Origin: Nitrosospira multiformis ATCC 25196
GTDB taxonomy: Bacteria; Pseudomonadota; Gammaproteobacteria; Burkholderiales; Nitrosomonadaceae
NCBI RefSeq assembly: GCF_000196355.1
Contig: NC_007614.1
Location: 1,500,001 to 1,532,000, forward strand
Direction: 5' to 3'
Length of the DNA: 32,000 bases
Part shown: positions 1-7,999 of the stretch, one piece after another
Numbering within the stretch: position 1 is the first letter of the stretch
How the letters are laid out: every line of letters starts with the position of its first letter
Made by a program: the position numbers and the translations under genes
Notes under the pieces: generated by a model
What the model was told of the DNA's origin: nothing
Seen by the model: the letters and a program-made list of their open reading frames with translations, nothing else
Databases searched by the model: none

Positions 1-621
1 GGCGAGCTGGTTGCCCTGAGTTTTTTTTCCATTGCGGGCACCATGATACTGATTGCCACGGTGGATGTGCCGTTCAAGTTGTGGGATCACTACCGCAAGC
101 TCCGGATGACCAAGGAAGAAGTCCGTCAGGAAAACAAGGAAACGGAGGGTAATCCGCAAATCAAGGGGCGTATCCGCGCGCAACAGCGCGAAATGGCAAG
201 AAAGCGCATGATGACCGAGATTCCCAGGGCGGATGTGATTATTACAAACCCTACCCATTACTCCGTCGCGCTCAGATATGAAGATGGCAAGATGCGTGCG
301 CCTCGCGTCGTCGCCAAGGGTATGCATCTATTGGCCTTGAAAATCCGCGAGATAGGGCATCAGCACAAAGTACCTGTGCTGGAAGCGCCACCGTTGGCTC
401 GTGCTCTCTATCAACATACTGAGCTGGGAGATGAAATTCCCCAGACACTCTATAACGTCGTAGCCGAGGTGCTCGCTTACGTCTATCAATTGCGCCGCCA
501 CCAGCAATATGGCCCCTCTGGCGGCAAGGCTCCCGTTTTGCCGGAACTTGACGTGCCGGTTGAGCTGGATCCGGAAAACAAAGCGTTCAAGGAAGCGGGA
601 AAAACTGGAAAACCTGAATAA
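1..621 (+). CDS. flhB: Flagellar type III export protein FlhB, C-terminal part (5' end lies outside the window)
   Basis: Frame 1 is open from base 1; the ORF track only begins at internal Met 43. It contains the FlhB/YscU autocleavage motif NPTH (ITNPTHYSVALRY). It lies directly upstream of flhA. Confidence 0.93.
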   Translation, partial: GELVALSFFSIAGTMILIATVDVPFKLWDHYRKLRMTKEEVRQENKETEGNPQIKGRIRAQQREMARKRMMTEIPRADVIITNPTHYSVALRYEDGKMRAPRVVAKGMHLLALKIREIGHQHKVPVLEAPPLARALYQHTELGDEIPQTLYNVVAEVLAYVYQLRRHQQYGPSGGKAPVLPELDVPVELDPENKAFKEAGKTGKPE

Positions 622-623
622 CG

Positions 624-2702
624 ATGACTGCGATGACAAAACTAACTTACCTGTTTAGCGGTGCGAGGGCGCGCAGCCTTGCAGGTCCGCTGCTGATATT
701 CATGATCCTCGGCATGATGGTACTGCCACTGCCCGCGTTTTTACTGGACATGATGTTCACTTTCAACATCGCGCTCTCCATCATGGTGCTGCTGGTTAGC
801 ATCCATACGCACAAGCCGCTGGATTTTGCCGTGTTTCCCACAGTGCTGCTCCTTTCAACGCTGCTGCGATTGTCGCTCAACGTGGCATCTACCCGCGTGG
901 TGCTGATGCAAGGCCATACCGGGCCGGATGCGGCAGGAAAAGTCATCGAGGCATTCGGTCATTACCTCGTCGGCGGGAATTATACGGTCGGCATAGTTGT
1001 GTTCGTTATTCTGGTGGTGATCAACTTTATCGTCATTACCAAGGGTGCCGGTCGCATTGCGGAAGTTTCCGCGCGCTTTACGCTGGATGCCATGCCGGGC
1101 AAGCAGATGGCGATCGATGCGGATCTCAACGCCGGCCTCATCGGTGAGGAGGAGGCGGGCAGGCGGCGCGTCTCCATTGCCCAGGAGGCGGAATTTTACG
1201 GCTCCATGGATGGCGCGAGCAAATTTGTAAGGGGAGATGCGATAGCGGGAATTCTCATCCTCTTTATTAATGTCGTTGGCGGATTGGTAGTCGGCGTTCT
1301 GCAGCATGACCTCGATCTTGCTACCGCCGCCAGAAATTACACCCTGCTTGCCATCGGTGACGGACTGGTGGCCCAGATTCCGGCGCTCATTATCTCTACC
1401 GCCGCCGGCCTGGTAGTAAGCCGCGTCGGTACGGATGAGGATATCAGCACTCAACTGGCAGGCCAGCTTTTCTCAAAGCCCCAGGTATTGGCTTTGACTG
1501 CCGCTATCATCGGTCTCATGGGCCTGATACCCGGTATGCCTCATATTGCCTTTCTGCTGCTGGCCGCATTGTGCGGCGGGGGCGCCTATCTGATGGAACA
1601 GCGCCGCAAGCGGCTTGTGTCGCAGGCGCCGACAGCTCCCGTTATCCAAGCGGAGGCGCAGGACGCCAGTTGGGATGATGTCATGCCCGTGGACATACTG
1701 GGACTAGAGGTGGGCTATCGCCTGATTTCGCTCGTGGACAAGACCCAGGACGGGGAGCTTCTCGGGCGGATCAAAGGCGTGCGCAAGAAATTCGCCCAGG
1801 AGGTCGGGTATCTTCCGCCGACTGTTCATATCCGTGACAATCTGGAACTGCGCCCTAACGGGTACCGGATAACGCTCAAGGGCGTCAATATTGGAACCGG
1901 TGAAGTCAATGTGGGGCAGTATCTCGCCATCAATCCGGGCATCGTATCCGGCAATGTGCCTGGTCTTGCCACCACCGATCCCGCTTTCGGGCTGCCCGCT
2001 GTCTGGATAGAAGCAGGCCAGCGCGAGCGTGCCCAGTCACTGGGATATACGGTGGTCGATGCGGGTACTGTCGTTGCCACCCATCTCAATCATCTGGTGC
2101 ACAGCCACGCTGCCGAATTGCTGGGCCGCTCCGAAGTGCAGCAACTGGTGGATCGCCTCTCCAAGGATTCTCCCAAGCTGGTGGAAGATATGATTCCGAA
2201 GCTGCTCCCGCTCTCCACCTTGCAGAAAGTGCTGCAGAATCTGCTCGAGGAGAAGGTGCATATACGCGACATGCGAAGCATCGTCGAAACCTTGGCCGAG
2301 CACGCTTCGAAAGTTCAGGATGCGCATGAACTGACGGCGCTGGTGCGCATTGCGTTGGGGCGCTCAATCGTTCAGCAGATATGGCCCCAAGCCAGTGAGT
2401 TGCAGGTGATGGCGCTTGATTCCGGACTGGAAAGGTTGCTGACCCAAGCTTTGCAAGCCAGCCCGACGGGGGCTGGGATCGAGCCGGGACTCGCCGATAC
2501 CCTCATTCGGGAGGCAGCTGGCGCCAGCCAGCGGCAGGAGCAGGTGGGGCTGGTTCCCGTGTTGCTGGTGCCAGCGCCGCTTCGAACCTTGCTGGCGCGT
2601 TTTCTGCGCCGTGCCGTTCCTCAACTGAAAATACTGTCGCATGCGGAAGTACCCGATTCAAGCAATATTAAAGTCACTTCGATTCTTGGAGCCAGAGCAT
2701 GA
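624..2702 (+). CDS. flhA: Flagellar export gate protein FlhA (FHIPEP family)
   Basis: 692 aa. The N-terminal half is polytopic membrane with the conserved FHIPEP block (RFTLDAMPGKQMAIDADLNAG, GSMDGASKFVRGDAIAGI). The C-terminal half is a cytoplasmic domain. Its stop overlaps the flhF start (ATGA at 2699-2702). Confidence 0.97.
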   Translation: MTAMTKLTYLFSGARARSLAGPLLIFMILGMMVLPLPAFLLDMMFTFNIALSIMVLLVSIHTHKPLDFAVFPTVLLLSTLLRLSLNVASTRVVLMQGHTGPDAAGKVIEAFGHYLVGGNYTVGIVVFVILVVINFIVITKGAGRIAEVSARFTLDAMPGKQMAIDADLNAGLIGEEEAGRRRVSIAQEAEFYGSMDGASKFVRGDAIAGILILFINVVGGLVVGVLQHDLDLATAARNYTLLAIGDGLVAQIPALIISTAAGLVVSRVGTDEDISTQLAGQLFSKPQVLALTAAIIGLMGLIPGMPHIAFLLLAALCGGGAYLMEQRRKRLVSQAPTAPVIQAEAQDASWDDVMPVDILGLEVGYRLISLVDKTQDGELLGRIKGVRKKFAQEVGYLPPTVHIRDNLELRPNGYRITLKGVNIGTGEVNVGQYLAINPGIVSGNVPGLATTDPAFGLPAVWIEAGQRERAQSLGYTVVDAGTVVATHLNHLVHSHAAELLGRSEVQQLVDRLSKDSPKLVEDMIPKLLPLSTLQKVLQNLLEEKVHIRDMRSIVETLAEHASKVQDAHELTALVRIALGRSIVQQIWPQASELQVMALDSGLERLLTQALQASPTGAGIEPGLADTLIREAAGASQRQEQVGLVPVLLVPAPLRTLLARFLRRAVPQLKILSHAEVPDSSNIKVTSILGARA

Positions 2703-4411
2703 CTATCAAACGATTTTTTGCCAAAACAACCAGCGAAGCATTGCGCATGGTACGCGATGAGCTCGGAGCCGACGGGGTGATTCTGTCGAATCGAGCGGTA
2801 GACAATGGTGTCGAGATATTGGCCTTGAGCAATAGCGCTATGTCCGCGTTGCTCCCCCCGGCGGAATGCCAGAAAGAAGATGGGCAGGAGCAAAGGCTGC
2901 GGGAAGAGAGCAAGAACGGGTTCTCGCCCGACGTGTCGGTAGCAATACTCCCGGTTCCCAAACCTGCGGTTCCCAAAAGTATGCCCGAGAATCCTGCTGT
3001 ACCTCCTGCTAGAGGTGCGGAGCAGACAGCAAGGACGGCAAGAATCGAAAAAAATGCTGAAGATGCGCCCGAGCGTGATTTGACTCCTTTGCCGCGCAAG
3101 AAGGCGCAAGAGACAGATCACGCTGCCAGGACCAACAAAAAAGCCGTTCCGCAAATTTCCAGCAAACCGCGTCGCGCAACTACGGGACGCGTGCAGTCCA
3201 CGAAGAGTGGAGAAGGGTCGGCGAAGAAAAGCAGCAGAGGAACAACCCCCCGTGAATCGAGCGCCATGGCGGGGGAAACGAGGGTGTCAGATTTCCGGAG
3301 CTGGCGGAAACGATTACAGAATACGCGCAACTCATCGCCAGCAATGAATCCGGAAATTGCAATTTCCCGCAGGCCCCGACGGCTTGCGCTCGATTCTCTT
3401 CAAGTCGCGGATAAGGTTGCGGCCAGTGTTCTAAAGGAAGTCCGTTTCATGCATTCGACACTGGAGCAGCAACTCGCCTCGCTAAGCCGGAACGAGCAGG
3501 AGAGACGCGATCCGGTGCGCGGGCAATTATTTCGCCAGCTGCTGGCAGCGGGACTCCATGATGCTTCCGTACAGGCGCTGCTGGATCAATTGCCAGAAAA
3601 GCTGGACGCAAGCGCAGCCATGAACTGGGTAAGAACGGCGCTGACAGGCAATCTTCAGACTATCGGGAACGAGGACGAAATTCTGGAGAAGGGAGGTGTT
3701 TATGCTCTGGTAGGGCCGACCGGTGTGGGTAAGACGACTACTACCGCGAAGCTCGCAGCGCGTTGTGTTGTCCGCCATGGAGCAAGCAAGGTCGCTTTGC
3801 TGACGACCGACAGCTACCGCATAGGCGGACATGAGCAGTTACGGATTTATGGAAAGATTCTGGGGGTCAGCATACATGCGGTGAGGGATACGCAGGACTT
3901 GGCCCTCGTACTGAATGAATTGCGCGGCAAGCATATTGTGCTGATCGACACGGTTGGCGTAGGGCAGCGCGATCAGATGGTAGCCGAACAGGTTGCCATG
4001 CTGAGTGGCTGCGGCAGTGAAATCAAGCGCCTGCTGCTGCTCAATGCCGCTTCGAGTTGGCATACGCTGGATGAAGTTGCAGAGGCCTACTGGGGTGATG
4101 GTCTGGCGGGCGCCATCATCAGCAAGCTGGATGAAGCGGTAGTAACGGGCTGTGCGCTCGATATAGCCATGCGCCACAACTTGCCTCTCTACTATGTTGC
4201 CAATGGCCAGCGGGTCCCCGAGGATATCGAGCTTGCGGATGCCGAATCCCTGGTAAACCGCATGTTCGACGATCTCTCGCAGTTCGCTCATTTTCCTCAG
4301 TTCCAGGACGCCGCGTCTTTTACCGCTCTCGATCATTCATGTTCGATAGCCGGAGCAAGTCGCGAGGATGGCGGAATCGGGCCGGATACGAGCGAGGTGT
4401 TCCTTGACTGA
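2699..4411 (+). CDS. flhF: Flagellar SRP-type GTPase FlhF with an unusually long basic low-complexity N-terminal region
   Basis: 570 aa. The C-terminal NG domain carries G1 GPTGVGKTTT, G3 DTVGVGQRD and G4 SKLDE. The gene sits in the flhA-flhF-flhG-fliA order. Confidence 0.93.
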   Translation: MTIKRFFAKTTSEALRMVRDELGADGVILSNRAVDNGVEILALSNSAMSALLPPAECQKEDGQEQRLREESKNGFSPDVSVAILPVPKPAVPKSMPENPAVPPARGAEQTARTARIEKNAEDAPERDLTPLPRKKAQETDHAARTNKKAVPQISSKPRRATTGRVQSTKSGEGSAKKSSRGTTPRESSAMAGETRVSDFRSWRKRLQNTRNSSPAMNPEIAISRRPRRLALDSLQVADKVAASVLKEVRFMHSTLEQQLASLSRNEQERRDPVRGQLFRQLLAAGLHDASVQALLDQLPEKLDASAAMNWVRTALTGNLQTIGNEDEILEKGGVYALVGPTGVGKTTTTAKLAARCVVRHGASKVALLTTDSYRIGGHEQLRIYGKILGVSIHAVRDTQDLALVLNELRGKHIVLIDTVGVGQRDQMVAEQVAMLSGCGSEIKRLLLLNAASSWHTLDEVAEAYWGDGLAGAIISKLDEAVVTGCALDIAMRHNLPLYYVANGQRVPEDIELADAESLVNRMFDDLSQFAHFPQFQDAASFTALDHSCSIAGASREDGGIGPDTSEVFLD

Positions 4412-5297
4412 ACCCATTCATGACCAGGCAGAGGGCCTTCGCCGATTGCTGGTTCAGAATTTCCTGCGCATTGTCACACTCACATCCGGTGGTACGGGTA
4501 CGGGAAATACCACAGCCGTGGTCAATCTCGCGGCGGCTCTAACCCGCAATGGAAAAAGTGTGCTGGTAATCGACGAGAACACGGGTGCAGGCAATGTATG
4601 CGAGCTGCTGGGATTGAATGCGCACCGTGATCTGCTGGATGTTATTCGACGCGATAAAACCGTGCAGGAAGTGGTTGTCGGCAGTGTCCACGGATTTTCG
4701 ATCCTTCCTGCGGGGCGAGGCATGCGAGCCCTTGAAAAACTCAATGTCGGCGACCGCGCTCACCTGATCGGATCTTTCGCGCATATAACGCCGTCATTCG
4801 ACGTGGTCTTGATCGATGCTGCTCCCGGCAAGGCCAGCCGCTCGCTTTCGCTTGCTCTTTCAAGTCATGAAATCGTTGTGGTTGCTTCGCCCGAACCCGC
4901 TTCCATTACTGCTGCCTATGCGCTGATCAAGCATATCGGTGGAAATCATCAGAATAAGCGGCGCTATCACATTCTGATCAATAAAGCGGTTACAGAAATC
5001 GAAGCAAATACCATTTTCAGCAATATGGAGAGCGCCGCCAAGCGTTATCTGGGGGTTTCGCTCCAGTTCCTGGGATATATCCCGTACGAGCACAAGCTCT
5101 GTCCCGATAATCCGTTGCCCAAATCTTTTTCGGCCGCATCCTTCGGGGCAGCGTTCCAGCATGCAGCGGAATCGCTGATTCACTGGCCGTTCGAGGAGGA
5201 TGAAGGACGAGGCCTCGAACGCTTCATGCAATGTTTGTTGCAAGGCAGTTCCGGCAGTCAGGGCGCCAGAATGAATGCCGCTACAGCAGAATCATAG
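4368..5297 (+). CDS. flhG: FlhG/FleN (MinD/ParA-family flagellar number regulator) with a degenerate Walker A
   Basis: It aligns by eye with FleN/FlhG: N-terminal DQAEGLRRL, NLAAAL, VLVIDEN, VLIDAAPG, EPASITAAYALIK. The deviant Walker A reads SGGTGTGNTT instead of xKGGxGKT. The start is uncertain: ATG 4368 or TTG 4404, and both overlap the flhF 3' end. Confidence 0.85.
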   Translation: MAESGRIRARCSLTEPIHDQAEGLRRLLVQNFLRIVTLTSGGTGTGNTTAVVNLAAALTRNGKSVLVIDENTGAGNVCELLGLNAHRDLLDVIRRDKTVQEVVVGSVHGFSILPAGRGMRALEKLNVGDRAHLIGSFAHITPSFDVVLIDAAPGKASRSLSLALSSHEIVVVASPEPASITAAYALIKHIGGNHQNKRRYHILINKAVTEIEANTIFSNMESAAKRYLGVSLQFLGYIPYEHKLCPDNPLPKSFSAASFGAAFQHAAESLIHWPFEEDEGRGLERFMQCLLQGSSGSQGARMNAATAES

Positions 5298-5308
5298 TGA
5301 GGAACAGC

Positions 5309-6037
5309 ATGTACACTTCGGTCGGCACCATCGATAAACAACAGCATATCGTGGAGTTTACTCCGCTTGTAAAACGGATTGCCAATCACATGATGGCGAG
5401 ATTGCCTGTCAGTGTTGAAGCAGATGACCTGGTACAGGTCGGAATGATCGGCCTGATGGAAGCGTTGAACCGGTATGAAGAGATGCCCGGGGCACAATTC
5501 GAGACTTATGCGCAGCAGCGCATTCGCGGCGCCATGCTCGACGAACTGCGCCAGCTGGATTGGCTTCCGCGAGGAGCCCGAAGGGTAATGCGCCAGATCG
5601 AGAGCGCTATCAATGTGCTGCAGCACCGCCTCGGCCGCTCTCCTTCGGAGCGGCAGATCGCCGAAGAACTCGGCGTATCGATCGAAAGTTACCAGCAGAT
5701 GCTGTTTGAAGCAAAAGGAACCCAGCTTATCCATTATGAGGATTTTTCGGACGATGAGGACGATGATTTTCTGGAGCGCAACTGTGCCGACAATACTGCT
5801 GATCCGCTGGCGGCGCTGCTCGACGGCGATTTACGCCGGATTTTGATCAACGCGATAGAGATCCTGCCCGAGCGTGAAAAAACGCTGATGGGGCTGTACT
5901 ACGAGCAGGAACTGAATTTCAAGGAAATCGGCGCCGTTTTGGGCGTATCCGAATCGAGAATATGTCAGATGCACAGTCAGGCGATTGCCCGGCTACGCGT
6001 GCGACTCAAGGAATGCGCATGGACTTCAATAGCATAA
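5309..6037 (+). CDS. fliA: Flagellar sigma factor FliA (sigma-28)
   Basis: 242 aa from the ATG at 5309, which has the RBS GTGAGGAA 5-12 nt upstream. The ORF-track start at 5231 overlaps flhG. Region 2 reads DLVQVGMIGLMEALNRY and the region 4.2 HTH reads LNFKEIGAVLGVSESRICQMHSQAIARLR. Confidence 0.95.
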   Translation: MYTSVGTIDKQQHIVEFTPLVKRIANHMMARLPVSVEADDLVQVGMIGLMEALNRYEEMPGAQFETYAQQRIRGAMLDELRQLDWLPRGARRVMRQIESAINVLQHRLGRSPSERQIAEELGVSIESYQQMLFEAKGTQLIHYEDFSDDEDDDFLERNCADNTADPLAALLDGDLRRILINAIEILPEREKTLMGLYYEQELNFKEIGAVLGVSESRICQMHSQAIARLRVRLKECAWTSIA

Positions 6038-6759
6038 TCGGTATCGGTATCGCGCTGGTTGCTGTTTTTGGCGGGCAAGTGCTCGAGGGGGGACACCACG
6101 CATCGCTCATTCAGGTTACTTCGCTCGTAGTCGTACTGGGCGGGACGCTGGGAGCTGTTCTGCTGCAAAGTCCGGTCCGTCAGTTTGTACTTGCCATGAA
6201 AATGAGCCGCTGGATATTTGTTCCGCCAGTGCTCAACCCGGAAGCCGTGGTGCAGCACATTGCAACCTGGAGCGCTGCTGCCCGCAAGGAGGGTTTACTG
6301 GCGCTCGACAATCATGTTGAAGGCATCGACGATCCTTTCGTGAGAAAAGGACTGCAGATGGTGGTGGACGGAACCGAACCCAAGGTGTTGCAGCGCGTGC
6401 TGGAAGTGGAGATCGAGACTTTCGAGGATCTCCACCATCAGGGCGCCAAGGTGTGGGAAGCAGCCGGAGGTTATGCGCCGACTATCGGCATCCTTGGAGC
6501 AGTGATGGGATTAATCCAGGTGATGGAGAACCTGTCCAATCCTGCCGACCTTGGCGCGGGTATTGCAGTCGCATTCGTGGCGACCATTTATGGCGTCGGT
6601 CTGGCAAATCTTGCATTTTTGCCTATTGCAAACAAACTGAAGACCCTCATTGCCCGTCAGGTATTGCTGCGGGACATGCTGGTCGATGGCCTGGTAGGAA
6701 TTGCAAAAGGTGAGAATCCACGGCTTATTGCAGAACGGCTGAAGGGATATGTCGTATAA
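6019..6759 (+). CDS. motA: Flagellar stator protein MotA (PomA/MotC-like, 246 aa)
   Basis: MotA/TolQ/ExbB-family channel with four predicted TM segments and the conserved C-terminal block YAPTIGILGAVMGLIQ...AFVATIYGVGLANLAFLPIANKL. The start is taken at MDFNSIIGIG, with AAGGAA 7 nt upstream. It overlaps the fliA 3' end by 19 nt. Confidence 0.92.
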   Translation: MDFNSIIGIGIALVAVFGGQVLEGGHHASLIQVTSLVVVLGGTLGAVLLQSPVRQFVLAMKMSRWIFVPPVLNPEAVVQHIATWSAAARKEGLLALDNHVEGIDDPFVRKGLQMVVDGTEPKVLQRVLEVEIETFEDLHHQGAKVWEAAGGYAPTIGILGAVMGLIQVMENLSNPADLGAGIAVAFVATIYGVGLANLAFLPIANKLKTLIARQVLLRDMLVDGLVGIAKGENPRLIAERLKGYVV

Positions 6760-6777
6760 CGAGCACCTTTTTGCTCG
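6760..6777 (+). terminator. Small hairpin immediately after the motA stop (CGAGCA-ccuuuu-UGCUCG)
   Basis: 6-bp stem and 6-nt loop, read directly. There is no U-tract, so terminator function is doubtful. Confidence 0.25.
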
Positions 6778-6831
6778 AATCATGCAGTCCCGTAAAAGAG
6801 GAAAGTAACCACCCCATTTCATTCAGGAGAA

Positions 6832-7059
6832 ATGATGAAAAACAGCGACAAAACCGTTATTACAAGCGAAGCCAACGAAACGGTTACGGCGGGAGATGAC
6901 AAGCAAAGGCCGATGAAGGATGGCGTGTACATAGAGAGGCGCCAGGGAGAAAGACGCTCAGGCGCAGAACGGCGCGACCCCAATAGCCGGGGAGCAAGCG
7001 AGAGAAGAAATCCGGACCGGCGCAAAGGCGGCCGCAGGGCGGGCGACAAAGAGGCATGA
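6832..7059 (+). CDS. Hypothetical small basic protein (75 aa) with six RR pairs (ERR x4, DRR, GRR)
   Basis: It has a strong RBS (AGGAGA at 6825-6830) before a double ATG. It sits in the 373-bp motA-motB spacer on the same strand. The C-terminal half reads ERRQGERRSGAERRDPNSRGASERRNPDRRKGGRR, and the RR pairs use varied Arg codons. I recognise no family. Confidence 0.5.
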   Translation: MMKNSDKTVITSEANETVTAGDDKQRPMKDGVYIERRQGERRSGAERRDPNSRGASERRNPDRRKGGRRAGDKEA

Positions 7060-7094
7060 AGAAAAAGACCGGTTATGAATAGAAAAATGAAACG

Positions 7095-7125
7095 GAAAGC
7101 CGGTCTATCAGGTAGACCGGCTTTC
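7095..7125 (+). promoter_or_regulatory. Perfect 13-bp stem hairpin (GAAAGCCGGTCTA-tcagg-TAGACCGGCTTTC) ending 7 nt before the motB ATG
   Basis: The inverted repeat was read directly. An upstream segment (7066-7074, AGACCGGTT) can instead pair with 7098-7106. No Shine-Dalgarno sequence is visible for motB. Confidence 0.6.
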
Positions 7126-7132
7126 AATTGAT

Positions 7133-7999
7133 ATGGCTCGCAAACGCAAACTGGAAGAGCGTGAGAATCATGAGCGCTGGCTCGTGTCCTATGCCGACTT
7201 TATCACGCTGCTGCTCGCGCTGTTCGTCGTGATGTATGCGGTTTCGCAGGTAAACGAAGGTAAATACCAGCGAATGGCAGGCTCGCTTGTGAACGCATTT
7301 GGTGCGCAATCGGATCGAAGCGTACTCATTACGCCCGAGTCCGCGCCCTCGTCGCCTGTCCAGGAATCCCCGACGGAAGAGGACAGGTCAATAAAAAAGG
7401 CGCGCCGTCTGGCTGAGGCGCAGCGCGGGCAGCAGGAAGCAATGGAAGTTATCGCAAGAGATGTCGTCGCAGCCTTTCAGCCATTCCGCTCGCTCATCGA
7501 GAACGGGCAGGTGAGGGTGATTCCAAGCAGCCGGGGACTGGCTGTGGAAATCAATGCCAAGGTATTATTTGCGCCTGGGCAGGCAGTGCTGGAACAAAAC
7601 TCCGCCCGCGTTCTTGAAGCGGTGGCGCAGGTGCTGAAAAATAACGACTATCCCATCCAGGTGGAAGGTCATACGGACAGTATTCCGATCGTAACCGATA
7701 AATTTCCCTCTAACTGGGAATTATCAGCAGTGCGGGCCAGCAGCGTGGTTCGATTGCTCATCGGCAGCGGAGTAGAGGCGGCACGGCTGACTGCCGTGGG
7801 CTATGGCGAGAACCGGCCTGTGGATTCGAACGATACTGAAGATGGCCGTACGCGTAATCGACGCGTTACCATCATGATCCTCTCCAATTCAGACCGCAAT
7901 CCATCCGATAATCTCGAGGACGCGCCACAGGAAACCGAGTCCGCCTCGACTGCTTCTGAGAGAACCGCTTGCCTTTTTCGGCGAGAGAAACTGGCATAA
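7133..7999 (+). CDS. motB: Flagellar stator protein MotB (OmpA-like peptidoglycan-binding C-terminus)
   Basis: The N-terminus is basic, followed by a TM segment with the conserved Asp (ERWLVSYADFITLLLALFVVMYA). The C-terminal OmpA-like block reads NWELSAVRASSVV...GYGENRPV...GRTRNRRVTI. Confidence 0.95.
   Translation: MARKRKLEERENHERWLVSYADFITLLLALFVVMYAVSQVNEGKYQRMAGSLVNAFGAQSDRSVLITPESAPSSPVQESPTEEDRSIKKARRLAEAQRGQQEAMEVIARDVVAAFQPFRSLIENGQVRVIPSSRGLAVEINAKVLFAPGQAVLEQNSARVLEAVAQVLKNNDYPIQVEGHTDSIPIVTDKFPSNWELSAVRASSVVRLLIGSGVEAARLTAVGYGENRPVDSNDTEDGRTRNRRVTIMILSNSDRNPSDNLEDAPQETESASTASERTACLFRREKLA

Noticed and set aside
5231-5308. N-terminal extensions suggested by the ORF track: fliA at 5231, motA at 5962, flgC at 11673, the response regulator at 25378, flgM at 9445, and the EAL gene at 22176.
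   Set aside because: The extensions overlap the preceding gene or add residues with no family resemblance. Internal starts with RBS-like sequences give canonical N-termini: MYTSVG, MDFNSIIG, MSLFNIF, MNVLIVDDH and (M)KIENS.
6819-7127. A 102-aa minus-strand ORF covering the motA-motB spacer.
   Set aside because: It is antisense to both stator genes and to the RBS-preceded Arg-rich ORF. It has no RBS, and its composition (Leu/Pro/Ser/Arg-rich) mirrors the opposite-strand codons.
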